Assembly (NCBI GenBank): GCA_001179505.1
Contig: CDMY01000253.1
Location: 62,001-126,000, forward strand
From: Vitrella brassicaformis CCMP3155
Lineage: Eukaryota > Protista > Chromerida
Direction of reading: 5' to 3'
Length of the DNA: 64,000 nt
Shown piece by piece: positions 23,201 through 36,400 of the stretch (positions are counted from its first letter, which is position 1; the number at the start of each line of letters is the position of its first letter). The position numbers and the translations under genes are program-made. The notes below the pieces were generated by a model. The model saw only the letters and a program-made list of their open reading frames with translations. It ran no database searches and had not been told where the DNA came from.

Positions 23201-26200
23201 CCTTCCACCCCAGCACCACTCGTGCAGTCACGCACCCCTCCACCTCCCAGCACAGCCCTCCTGCCGGCGATATGTGGCGAGCTCGCACACCCGGCCCAAA
23301 GCCCCGGTGAGACGCGGCGAGAGGCGACTCGCCTTCTCGTGAGGAGCGGGATGACTCTGGGTGGGGGCTGTCGGGCGAGTCTGAGGGAGCGGATGCAGGG
23401 ATGGCTCTTACAAGGGGAAGGGGGATGTAGCTGCGGCGCTGCAGCTCGGCGTCGTCCGGGGATGTGCGAGAGAGGTAACTCTGGGATGTTTGTCGCTCTG
23501 TGAGGCTGACGTCCTCTTCGTCGAGCCTCTTGAGCGACGGGAGAGCACCGACGATGCTCTTCCTAAACGGCAAATTGGCAATGTCCACCATGTCATGTTC
23601 TCCTCTTGCCTGGGATGTCTTCACCTGTATGTCTCCTTCCAGTAGCAAATGGGGTTACCCAAACACGTAGCTTCCTCTACAGAGGGAAGACTCACACCTG
23701 CAGGCAGTGCAGGAAGCAGGGCAAGGGGAATGTCGACAGGCAGTGTCGTAATCTCTCTCCCTCACCAAGCTCAGCAAACTCCTCGATAAAGCGCAAGTCA
23801 TTGTACGCAACATTCAAGTAGCGAAGCACAGGCAGCCCCCTCAGCGCCCTGATGGACTGCAGCGAATTGAACGACAAGTCCAGCGTCGTCAGCTGCGGCA
23901 GAACCACACTGTCCCCGGCTTCGCCTCCCTTCTGCGGCAGGAACACACTCACGGACTCCAAACAATTGAAGCTCAGATTGAGCACCTTCAGACGGGTCAG
24001 CAACGGCAGCAACACGGCGTCGATTCTCCGTATGCGGCGGCCGAAGAGCACCAGCGAGTCGCACTGCTGGAGTCTTGAGGATACTTGCGAGGTCGACGCA
24101 GACATGGATGTGAACTTGCGGGGCTTGATGGGGTCGAACACAGATGGCACCGTGTTCGCAGCAGCAAGTAGAGACATGCGCTCCAGGGGGGAGGGCTCCA
24201 AGTCTCTAAGGAAAGTCTGCAGGTCGGCGGAGAAGAGAGGAGGGGGAGGGGGTGCTCTCGCGAGCGCATTCTTCTTTGCCGCGTCCTTCTTAGACCGCGG
24301 TGGCGGGTACGGCAATGCCATATTACAGCACTCACGAAAATGCCTGGAGACATGATCACGTGATAGACATCTTCGCACCCTCTTCATTCCTCCTCGGCTT
24401 ACTTACCTTATGCAGCTCCCAAACAGTCCCACGGCGTCGTCCGATATGTTGGGTTCGGGCTGAGCCCTCCAAACGCCCACAGCAACCACATTGCCGTCTT
24501 TCCCGGCCTCGGCTCCAGACGAATCGCTCCCCGGCAGTGGCAGCGACTCGACAGCTGATGTCAGCTCAAGCCTGATGGGATCGCTGTCCGCCGTGTCATC
24601 GTCATGTCTCTCGCGTTTCGGCGAGTAGTCTGACACCGACACGGTGCTGGCCATCTCGCTCTCCTGTCCGTCGGTGGCGGTGGTGCTCTCGGCTGCTCTC
24701 TGGGAGGTGGATGGTGCAGGCGAGGCTGACTTGATGCCGCTGCCATGCTGGGGGGAGGAAGGGGGAGAGGGGGAGGGGTCTGCCTGTCTTGGAGGCGCCT
24801 CGTACTCGAAGTACACCAAGAACTCAGGCAAAACGAAAGCCGGGTTCAACACCCACCTGCACGACAAAGCCTTTTTTCGCACGCATCAGTCGTAAAGGCG
24901 AATCCCTCTTACCAGAGCTTCTGCTGGGGATCGTCCTTCTTGACTCGAAAGACGGCCATGGGCGCCCCCTTTTCTCTGGCGACTCTTTCAGGCGTCTTGG
25001 CCCGCTTGGAAACAGTTGGCGGAGTGCTCGACGCTGATGGAGCACCAGTGAGAAATGAGAGGGCGTCATCATGTGATGAGGGAGAGGATGCGTCGTCATC
25101 TGAGTCGTCGGATGCCGAGCTGGGTGGGCCGGGGTGGGGGGCGGCGTCCGACGGGCCTCGCTTCCACAGAGAGGACGGAGAGTCGTCTTCATAGTACTTG
25201 ACTGTATCGGCTTTCTGACATACATGTTCTCGATCAGGGATGGATGTATTCTCTCTCTCTCTCTCTCTGCTTACCTGTGACGGCATGCATGTCGCACAGA
25301 CGAGAAGCATCCCTCCAGGCGGGCAGTACACATCTCGCAACTCCGACGGCACGATGCGATTTGACACGGATACCGTGTCTCTGCTCGTGGCTGTGGCCGA
25401 GGGATTCGTCTGGTATGTACGACGGTCCGCAGCCCTGCAAAAGCATCAGTACAAGTCCGATATTGCCCTCACCGACTATGCATTTGTGTACACACCGCTG
25501 TGCCACTCGTAGAGATGCAGCGCCTACAGACGACGCCAGGTAAGATCTGAGTGAGGGAATCTCCGAAGAGGCGACAGAGTTGGTCAGCGGAACGAAGGGC
25601 ACTGAGACTGAGGGAGACACAGCTGGGTCCTCATCAGCTCCCTCCGTCTTGTCCGAGCCGTCTGGTGGGGCCCCGAATCCCTCCTCAAGTATCCTGTAGA
25701 CCTCCTTTGGGTTGTCGGTTTGCTTGAGATAGAAGAGATAAGGGTCTTGCGGACCGCTGCAGCTTGTTGCGTCGGGCGGCCGGAGTGGCGGGCAGCCGTT
25801 GTTGGTCAGATTCGAACAGTACTCCCTGTCGGACAGCACAGGCACACAGGCAAACAGACACTCACCATCAATGCGCCAACAATTTGTTTCTCTTACCAGA
25901 TTTCGTCAAACTTTAATCTCAAGAATCGGTTGTGGACCCTCGTAACACCCGTGACCCTGTCCATTGGTCACAATTCGTATACAGCGTGTCTTACGATGAG
26001 ACAGTGTAATGGCATTTCCTTGCTGACTTGATCTTATTGACAGCGAATAGCGTGAAGTCCCTGGATACGAACCTTGACTCGACCATCTGTACAATCCACT
26101 GATACCTGAAATGTGACAAACAAAGTACACACCTGCAGCTGCGACACAACGCGGCACACACGAATGCTCACCACGCCTCATCGGTCGTGCCAGGCTCGAA

Positions 26201-27843
26201 CCTCACATTCCCTCCCGTCTGCAGCTCAACGAGCAGCTGGTGGATCGACGCTGACTGGATTCTACGGAGCTCTTCCTCATAGCTCGACCAAAGCTGGACA
26301 TGCAAATCCACAACACCATGTCTCCATTACCTATGCTTTGAACATTTCACGTCTTACTCACAGTGCCAAGGTCATTGAGGAGTCCCTCGAGCATGTCGCG
26401 TCTTTCCTCGACCTCCTTCCGCCAGGCCGACAGCGAGGCGGCGGCATTGCCAAAGGTGTCGAGCGAGGGCTTGGGCAGGTCGAGGGCGAAGTCCAGTGCC
26501 AGTCGTGACTTGAGCACCTCCTCGTACTCCTCACGGACACCCCTGCGCACCTCATCCAGCCACCACCGACCAAAGCGGCGACCATCTGTGGCCTGATGGA
26601 TGGACAGCAGGAAAATGTACGATGGATGGGACACGAAAGGCGTGCAGATCGACCCACCCACCTGTCTCTTGATGGTTTTTATCTTCATGTTGTAGTAGAG
26701 CCGCTTCTTCAAGTAGGTGGTTTCCGCTGACTTGAGGGCATCGGGACCAAGACGCACACGATCGAGGATCTACAAATCGTCACAGATGGGCCGTTTCTCT
26801 CGCAGAGAAGGCCACGTATTGACTTTGCATACCTGCAGGCTCGGGAGATGGAAGAGCGTGTAGGTCTGATAGTTGCACAGATAGCACAGCGGGTTGTCGC
26901 CCCAGTCAGGGTCCGAGACATGGAGTGCACTCAGTGCCGGCAGCCGGGTAAGTGCCCGGATGTCCCTGAAGCTCGACAGCCGATTGGCGCTCAAGTTGAG
27001 GTGCTGCAGCTTGACACAACTGAGCCAATGGGTACCTTGCGCCACCGGCGGCTGACCAGCGGACGGGGTGGGGGGCGTCAGGCTGGTCAGCCGCATGTTG
27101 GCCGCATTGAGATACACGAGATTGGGAGCGAAAGTCAGGGAGTCGAGGGTTGTGAGCCGATTGCCCGATATCCATATCTCCTCGAGATAGGGGAGGGCAG
27201 GTTGCGAGGAGCCCCCGAAGAAAAGGGACGAGAGGCGGTTGAAGGAGATGTTCAGCAGGACCAGATTGGGGACCCGCTGCACTCACAACCGACAAGCAAA
27301 CACAAGCAACAATGAAGCAAACCTATGAACACCGGAGAAAGCAATCGGTCAGTCACTCACCTGCAGACCCTCGAGCGACCGAATCTCGTTCTCGCACAGC
27401 CACAGCTTTTCCAGCTGTGTGCATTCCTCCAGCCCCTCCAAGGACACCAAACCCTGCTGAATCAGCGTGAGCTCCTTCAGTCCCCGAAACCGCGAGAGCA
27501 GTTCAGGCCGCACCCTGCTGTCAAGCACCAGCTCCAGCCTTTCCACCTGCTCCGGCCTCTCAGCAAGCACATCAGGCGTCAGCTGGTTGGCCGCAGCGAT
27601 GAGCTGGAGAGCCTCGGCCTCCTCCAATATGACTGTCCTCTCCTCTTCAGGCACCTCTTCGGAGACGGGGCTCCCGCCGCCTCCCGAACTGGGCGGCCGA
27701 GGGCTCTTGGAGGGGATGGGAGAGGTCGCAGGCAGTGGCGACGCCGGCACGCTCGAAGGCGTGCGCGACGACTGTGCTGTCTGTTGAGAGGAGGGCGGGT
27801 CGGAGGGCTGCAGTGTGCCACGAAGCCGCTGTGCAAGCGCCAT
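20278..27843 (-). CDS. LRRC9: Leucine-rich repeat-containing protein 9 ortholog
   Basis: LRRC9-like motifs NPLCYLCNYQTYTLFHLPSLQ, KKRLYYNMKIKTIKR, VELQTGGNVRFE, VHNRFLRLKFDE, YLFY...ILEEGF and VLPEFLVYFEY, plus many LxxLxLxxNxI repeats. Starts MALAQRL; TAG at 20278-20280. Confidence 0.88.
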
Positions 27844-28091
27844 GCCGGAAAGATCCGACTGCAGTTGGCTCGTATCAACGCTCTCTCAGCGCTGCAATGG
27901 TTTTCCTTCGAAGAAATCACAATTTGATGCGAATTGACTTACACGGAAGCATGGGCGACCAGCACGCAAATCACAATTTTGCATTGGGGCCCATTTCCTA
28001 GCTCGCATCCCTCCCCCCTCCAGCGTCTCGTTTGGATTCCCTGATTCCAGACTGCAGCTCACGAAGAGGCAGCAAAGAGCTTCTCGACGGA

Positions 28092-29309
28092 ATGGCTCGT
28101 TCTTCATCGACATCTGCAGCGAGCGTGGGTGATGCAGATGCAGCAAGAGATGCAGGCGGTCTCCGAGTGATAGGGGCAGGACACGGCCGAACGGGGTGAG
28201 CTTTTCACACAAGTCGTGGCACGCACACTGTGGATGCCTCTCTCCCGTTGCTTGCAGGACGATGTCCCTCAAGGCGGCTCTCGAAGCGATTGGATACGGC
28301 CCTTGTTACCACTTCTCTGGTGGGTGCCGATGACCTTACAGGGCTGACTCTTCATGATCTCTGCTGCTCATCACCGCGGTGTGTTGTACGTGCTGCGGTT
28401 GGAATGCTCAGAAGTTGCTATGGACCCTCAGGTGCCCCGACGCGCCAAGCAGTGGCTGAAGGTCTGCGAAGCCAACGGCAAGGGCATCGACAACTGGGTA
28501 AGACGACAGGCGCAAAGACGCTCACAGACACGAGTGCCATCTCATCTTCTGCTGCCCCTTGTTCTGTCCTGTCTGCAGCACGAGATCTATGACGGCTACG
28601 TGTCCGCCTGTGATTTTCCCACGAACCTGTACTACAAGGAACTCATGGAGGCGTTCCCGGACGCGAAGGTCAGTGCCGAGGAGGGAGGCACGTGATGAGT
28701 GTGAGAATGAATGCCATTCCTGCCTCTGTTCTGCTTCTCTGACGTGTCATCAGGTGATCTTGACGGTTCGAGACCCGCATAAGTGGTATACGAGCGCCAA
28801 AGAAACCGTCGTCCGCCATCGAGAAACGCTGACGGCCTTTCCGTTCAACATCGCGGGCTGGCTGCTCAACATGCATCACCTGATGAAACTTGTCGTCAAC
28901 TACAGCGTGGTAGCCAGGTGGAACATGCACAGGCTGAGCGAGGAGGCCGCTGTCAAGGTTTTCAACGAATGAATCGACCAGGTCAAAGCCACCGTGCCGA
29001 CGGACAGACTCCTCGTCTTTCAGGTAGGCATGGACCGCCTTTAGAGGCTGGATTGACGGGCAGAACCGTGACCCTTTCTGTTGCCCGCAGGTATCGGATG
29101 GTTGGGAGCCTCTGTGCCGATTCCTGGATGTCCCCGTGCCGCCCATCGACTTCCCTCGACTGAATGACCGTCAGGTGATGCGCGAGCGGCAGGCCAGGAT
29201 CTTCGGGAAGCTGTTGATCGTTGGGTGGGGGGCTGTCCTGTGTGCGGTGGGAGGGACGGTGGCTGTCGGATGGCTGGCCGCCAGGGCCATAGGAAGGCTG
29301 CGCAAGTGA
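28092..29309 (+). pseudogene. Sulfotransferase-family (Sulfotransfer_4, P-loop) gene with C-terminal TM, interrupted by one in-frame TGA
   Basis: VIGAGHGRTG|TMSLKAALEAIGYGPCYH, DFPTNLYYKELMEAFPDAK|VILTVRD..WYTS, then FNE*IDQVKATVPTDRLLVFQ|VSDGWEPLCRFLDVPVP. TGA at 28970-28972; true end TGA at 29307-29309. Family call is strong; pseudogene versus recoded status is open. Confidence 0.75.
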
Positions 29310-29773
29310 GGAATTGGCGCTGCCTGTCGTGGGTGTGCTGCCCGTCTGTCGCTTTTTGTGACGCATGGGACAGGTGCATATGTGCTCTTTTTCGAACAAT
29401 GGGGTTCGAAGCTGCTGTCGTGCCCTCAGCGCTGCGTGTTGTGCATGCGGGCTTTTTTTCAAAGATTGTGCCACGCTGGTGTTTCGGTCTCGGCCTCGGC
29501 CTTGTGTCGGATTTGCGGGTGAGGGACTACACATAAGATGGGGCTCAAGCGATGGGCTTCTGAGCGCGTGAGCTGAGAAATGTTTTGCATAAGCTTTATA
29601 CGAAATGCCAAACACGTATCTGGATAAGTCCATTTGGGTCATCACGGAGAGCACATACATACGCATGCATGACACTTTCCCTCCCTCCACGCAGTAAGGA
29701 AGGCACGTGGCGTCATCCATGTACATGACATCAGCGCTAGACTGACCGTGCAATCCAAAACGTCATCATGATG

Positions 29774-32700
29774 TCATGCAATGCCACTTGCCGCCCCCAA
29801 TGCACTGGGCTGCGGCCGTCCCTTCCCTGCTTGCCCCTCCGACCCTTCGCTGCCGCTCTTGTTGTCTCTTTCCTCCTGGCTGCTCTTGGATGACCTGGAC
29901 GATTTCGGTGAAGAGGTGGCCGCCCGCCCTGCAATCTTTCTGCCCAATGATGCGGCCTTTTCCCTCTTGATCCTCTCCACTTCGGCTCTCACGGACGCCA
30001 TGAAGTCTGTGTTGGCCATCGTCGTGGGGGCCTCGGTTGAAGACCGGCGGTTCGTGCGACGCTGCAGACATGGATGATGGATGGACACACCAGGAGACAT
30101 GAGCAGACAACAATTCAGTGAGACATGCAAGGATGAAGGATGCCGACCACGATGGATGCAATTATGCTGTTTCTCCTGGGGCTTCTCGTGCCTGCCATTG
30201 CCGACACTGAAGAGGACCGACGCGACTTCCACGCGGCCCTCTGCCGCTGCCTGGAGGCAGGGGCAACCATGATACGGATTTCCTGAGGTATCTCGACAAA
30301 ATTCACGGACCGACTCCGCTGACGGGCGGCAATCCTGCGCCACATGCATAATGACTTGACGAGGTTCCCTCTGTTCTGGGCCTTGCTCACCTGGCAAATT
30401 CAATGCTTGCGCTGGGTCCTGTCTCGGTTGGAGGCCCTGGATCTGAGACAAGTTGACTGAGCACACTCCCTTCCTCCCACTGATGGCTCTCGGGCACCGT
30501 CAACAGCCCCCCCGCCGCCCTGCCCCCTTCCACAGGAGCAAGGAGCACCGGTTCACCGTCAGAAGAAGAAGACGGGCCAGGCTGTTGACGAGGACTTGGC
30601 TCCCCGTCGTGAAGAGATGGACAGGATGGCCGTCTCAAGATAGATTTGAGGGGCACAGCATGGTGGTGAGGCCCAGGCATCGACAATCTCCTTCGCCGAT
30701 TCTTTTGCCGGCCGCCGACGGATGAAAGGGCCACCGAGCGGCGCCTCCCTGACGCGGAGCTGTCGACAGAGCGGCGTCTCGGATCTCTGTCTCTGTTGTT
30801 TGCGTTGTTGATGAAGGCATTGAGGGCTTGGAGTGTCTCGTTGTTAGAGCTGATCGAAGAGCTCCTTCTTTGCGCGTTGCTTGGCTGGCTGCAGACAGAC
30901 AAATGAGGACCGATTGAGACACAGACCGGGGATGGATCGACGGACACGTGAGGGCGTCTCGAGCTCACCCTGGCAGGTCAATGGCAGAGACGATCGAGGA
31001 CCGTCTGCTCTTCCCTTCTGAGCTCATCGACGACTTGCGGCTACTTGAATCGGAGAAGACGCTGCGGCGCCTGAATAAGACAGCGCAGAAATGTGATTTT
31101 CGTGTATGTAATGTGTGTACCAACCAGAGTGAATGCGGACCTGCCAATGACCGAGCCCTCTTCTACAATGGATGGCAACTCGCTTTTGTCAACGGTGCAG
31201 GCGCTGGAAGACCCTGCCGGGATTGTGGCAGCCGTCTCCTCCAGTACCTTGGCCAGCTTGTCGGGATGAAGGCCGTCCTTGGTAACCACATGGAAGCACA
31301 TGGAAGGGAGACATGGAAGCTGTGAAGGTAATCAGTCAGTCTTCAGGCTGAGCCATTGCCTCACTTGTGCCATCATGCGATGCAGAAGGTCCTCACCCTC
31401 GAGCCAGTTGACGACACAATACGACACAAATGAGGTGCAGATGACCGGCAGTAGCAATGAATACACGCTGCAATAAACCACACACATCTACCGCCCCCAT
31501 GTCTCACTTTTCGCCCCTCTCACCTGGTCATCTCGTACACGATGATCGTCGTGGTCAATGGGGCCCTCATCAAGCCAGAGAAGAGCCCAGCCATCCCCAG
31601 GATCATGCACGCCTTCAGCCACTCTCCATCCCCACTCCAAAAGTAGAGTGCATGCCCAACCAGTCCTCCAAACATTCCTCCCGAAATCAAGGCTGGCGAG
31701 AACAGCCCCCCAGGGCCGCCTACGCCACCCGCAATGGCACATGCGACAATCTTGCCCAGAAAGAATATGGCATACTGGTGCCATGGCAGGATGCAGGAAT
31801 TCTGCAGCGATTTCCGCAAAGACCCAGTGCCGATCCCCCATATGCCGTCCAGCCCGGTAGCATGTTTCACGATGGCACCGATAAGGCCGACAACGAAGCC
31901 GCCCAATGCCATGTGGCACCACGGAGGGGGGTAGGGCAGCATTCGGACAAAATGACCTCGATCAGCCAGATGTCCCCTGACGAGCAGCAGGACGCGGCAA
32001 AAGACCTCTGCAAATATGGCGGTCAGCAGCCCCAGGGGCAAGGAGATGAGCATCCAAGGATGGAGAGTTGCAGACCGCCTTGTTATGTCAGACTTGAAGA
32101 AAGCATGGTCTTCCAAGAGCATGCGGCTGGTGAAAGTGCTCGCAACGGAGGCCACGAGGATGGTAGCCACCCCCACTCTGGAGAGGGACTCGACGAGCTC
32201 TTCGAGGACGAAAGTAATGCCGGCAATAGGGGCGTTGAAGGCTGCAGAGATACCAGCTCCAGCACCAACAGTGACGAGGCTCGGTAGATAGGAGCACGGA
32301 AGCGGGCACCTCTTGGTGCAAATGCTGTAGATGGAGGTGACAATCGAAGCAGCCATGTGCACTGTTGGCCCCTCGATTCCCAGCGGATTGCCTGCAGCAC
32401 AAGACAAGGGTGAAAACATAGATGTGCACAGAGCTTGACTGATTGAGTGATTGAGCGGCTTTCTCACCGAAACCCAGGTAGATGGCGCCGAAAACCATCC
32501 TCAGAGGGGCCACTCGAAGCGGCACTGGCTTGTTGAGCGTGGTGTGGAGCTTGGTTGGAATAAGGCCGCTTCCCAGACACTCCGGGAACCACCGATGAAT
32601 GAGGACGCCTACAATAAGGCCTCCTATTGTCGTGCTCAGGGTCATCGACACAGCCTGAGGCACGCCATACCTGACATACATCAACACATGGATGAATACA

Positions 32701-33037
32701 GACGACGGCCACTGTGCAGTCATTCTGCTCACCGATGGTACAGAGTGTCCCTGGCGAGACGAGAGCTCACCAGCTCCTCGACAAGGTTCTCAGCCTTCTG
32801 CAGATGCAGAACAGACAGGCGAGTACACTACTCAAACATGGTGGCCCAGCCAGCCACATATATACACACTGATGTCCTTGGTACCTCGAAGGCCACCACT
32901 GCACCGCCGACAACAGACCCAGCAAGGAAACAAAACAGCAAAAGGGCCAGCAGGTGGCACGATCGAAGCTGCAACGAAGAGCCCTGAGCGTCCCTGAAGC
33001 TGACGGCCTCCTTGAGATCATCCATAACCGAGGGCAT
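29774..33037 (-). CDS. CLC-family anion/H+ transporter with long low-complexity tail and no evident CBS domains
   Basis: GSGLIP, GIEGPTVH, GAGAGISAAFNAPIAGITFVLEEL, GGPGGLFSPAL, MRAPLTTTIIVYEMT. Exon phases consistent; TGA 29774-29776. Confidence 0.92.
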
Positions 33038-33445
33038 TTCTTTCAATGGCGTTTTTCAGATCATTTCCGTCATCCTCGCGCGCCATTTGGCCCATTATGG
33101 CGCTGTTGCGTTGATGAGATCTGCTCAGCTTATTCTGGTCCTCCCAATAGGCCACTACAGGCCACTCCATCATGGTTGTAACCAGCGGGCGCGAAAAATC
33201 GAGATCTGCGTCGAGATCGCAACATCGGACAACACAGCAACGCGGCATTGATAGCGGCCGCCACGGCCATAGTTTCGCCCCCTGTCTATCCGCTGCCCCT
33301 ATTGATGGATGCCTAATGCTCCATGGAGCCGTGACGCCATCCTCCGCCATCCCCTGCCCTCTCGTGCCCGCCATCTCGCCGCTGGGCCACCCCATCCCCC
33401 GCTCTCCGCTCTAAAGGCTCAGCCGCTCTCTGCAGCCTACCTGCC

Positions 33446-36400
33446 ATGAACGCCCTCCTGCTGCTGCTGTTGCTCCTCTGGCGCATCCGCTCCGAGCTGG
33501 CCGTCTTGGCCACAATGGCTGCGTTCGTGATCTATGTGCGGACCCAACGGCGCCGCCGGATGGCCAGGGGTAGTGCAAAGGACACTGTGAAGTCTGCCGA
33601 GACCACCCCCACCAGTTCCCTCAGCCCCCCACGGAACGCCGGGAGTCCACAGTCGAGCACGCCCCGAGATAACGTAAGTCAAAAGGGGGAGGGGCACCCT
33701 CTGTGTGGTGTGGATGGTTCCGATGGTTTGTGTGGTTTGTGTGGTTGCAGACCATTCCTCGTGATCCGCCGTCTTTGTCGACGCGCCAGCCGTCCACGCC
33801 GAGTCGTTCGGTGTACGGCGAGGTGGCGGACATTGAGATCAACTCACAACACCGGCTGGCTGACCTGCTCGATCAGCCCCGGCGACTCGCACTCGTGCTG
33901 CTCCGTAAGCAGAAAACGGCCAGCCGCCTCCCTCGTCGGTCGCATCTGCATGCACCCACCCCGTTGTGCTGTCTGGTTTGTGCGTCGTCAGGTTTGTGTG
34001 CCGAGCGTCACCTGCTGGCCCTCGATATCTACGATGAGCTGGTACGTGTGGGCTATCCCTTCGTCATGCCCTCAACCACACCCTCAGCCACCCCAACTCC
34101 CACCCTCAGCAGCAGCACCAGCGAGAGCACCGACGTGACGGCCGTCACCCCTCAGCCCCAGCCCCAGCCCCACCCGCCCAACACGGCCAAGAACTGCGAG
34201 GGGTGGGGCTGGGAGGAGGTGTTCACAAGCATCGTGCAGCTGTGCATCCACACCAGCCAGTTCGCCAAGGCGGCTGGGGTGCTGGAGCGGTTCCGGGCTG
34301 ACCCGTCGCTGCGTCCCACGCTGCACTTCTACGCGTCCATCATGAACGCATATGCGGCCAAACAGAGATATGAACAGGTGACATGACAAGTGGGGGAGGG
34401 GGAGAGGTGCAGAGACGTGTGTGGGGGGGGATTTCTTCTGTGTGTGTGTGTGTATGTGTGGGTTGTCAGGCTGTCGGTTTGTATGAGTTTGTGTTGGCGG
34501 ATGGGCTGCAGCCCGACACCGTCATGTTGTCGTGCCTAATCAACCTCGCTGGTACACAGACAGACATGCTCACCTACACACATCCACACATCTTCTTACC
34601 CACACATCCCACCCTCCTTGCCATATTACACGTGTGTGTGTGTGTGTGTGTGTGCAGCCGATTTGAGTTGGAACGAGAAGGCCATCTTCTTCTTCGAACG
34701 ACTAAAGGAAATCGGGACGCCATCCGTCAAGTAAATGGCACCTGAATGTGTCTCCCTGCCTCCTAATCTTTCGTGTGGTGTGTGTGTGGTGTGCAGGGCG
34801 TACATGACGTTGGTCCGCATCTACGGCCGCATAGGCGACTACCAGGCAGCCATGGATACCCTCAACGTACCACACACACAGACACACACACATGTCGCCA
34901 TACTTGGACGTCTGCCATGCGTCGTGTGCTGCTTTGCAAACTGCCCCCCTCCCCTCCCCTCATCCACCCCACACACACGTACAGGCGATGGTAGCATCTG
35001 GCGTGGAGCCCGACACGCTGCTCATCAACCAGGTGTTGCTGGGCTGTGTCAACGGCGGGCGAGTCGATATCGCAGAAGACATCATCCAAGGCACTCTCAT
35101 ACACTCACGACGTACGCCAGACAGACAGGGAGGGAGGGAGGGAGGGAGACCGCACAGACAGAGACGCGATGAGATGTGGCTGGCCGTCCGCGCCTGTGTG
35201 TGTGTGTGCAGGCGAGTTGCTGGACATTGTGTCGGTGAACACGTTGCTCAAGGGCTACACGCACGCAAACCTGTTTGATAAGGCCATGGAAGCGTTCAAC
35301 GTACGTATGAGGGTGGGGCCCCGATGGATGTGCGGACAGACGCGACCCCTTGCCCCTTTCGTGCTGTGCCTGTGCAGTGTTTGCTGGGCGGCGAGTTGCA
35401 GCTGGCCCCCAACGACATAAGCTTCAACACACTGATCGACGCGGCCATTCGCACACAGGCAACCACTCACACACACAGAGAGAGAATGCGCCAGCACACA
35501 AACCACCGAGATACCACAGTTCCCTCTCCTGCCTTTCCCGCAGCGACAGGACAGTGCGTGGGAGTTGCTCTCGATGATGGAGGCCGCGGGCGTGCAGCCC
35601 GACTTCTGCACCGTCTCCACCCTCATCAAGGGCATCGTCAACCTCCCTCCCGTCCCCCTCCCATCCGCCCACGCGCCATTCGGCTTCCAGGGATCCATGA
35701 GACAGCACCCCGACACAGAGGCCGCGCTGCTGCACCGGCAGAGGCACATCGACCGCGTGTTGCTGCTGCTGGCCAAGCTGTCGGCTCGCGAGCCGCCTGT
35801 GTCGTTCGTGGCGGACGGCAAACGCACGGCGGGCAAGTTCCGGGAGGTGAGGGAGAATCCACTCCATTGTGGGGGTGCCGATTTGGGCGCGGGCATCATG
35901 CGTCTGCCTCGTGTTTGTGTGGTTGTCGTCCGTCTCTAGGCGGTGTTTGACAGTATGTTAGACGCGTGTGTGGCCATGCGGGACCTGGACACACTGCAGC
36001 GGGTAGCCAACAGACCAACAGGGGTGGGGGAGGAGACGGGCAAGGTACATTGTATCTGTGTTGTTCTGCAGACGTTCAAGTTGATGAAGGCGAATGGCGT
36101 GACGCCCTCTGCCGTCACATACGGCACACTCATCAATGCCTTCGGACAGGTAAACACAACCCTGCCGCCCCCTACCCACACACACGTCGCCTCTCTCTCT
36201 CTGTGTGTGTGCGTGTGTGTGTATCAGTGCGGTCAGTTGCCGGCGTGTTTCGAGTTGTGGGATGAGATGCAGCGCGACGGCCTCCAGCCGACCTCGGTGA
36301 CCTACGGGTGCCTCATCGACGCCTGCATCAACCAGAACGACCTGCACACGGCACACCGCCTCTTCCAGGAGATCCAGCAGCACCCGCCACCCCTGCACCA

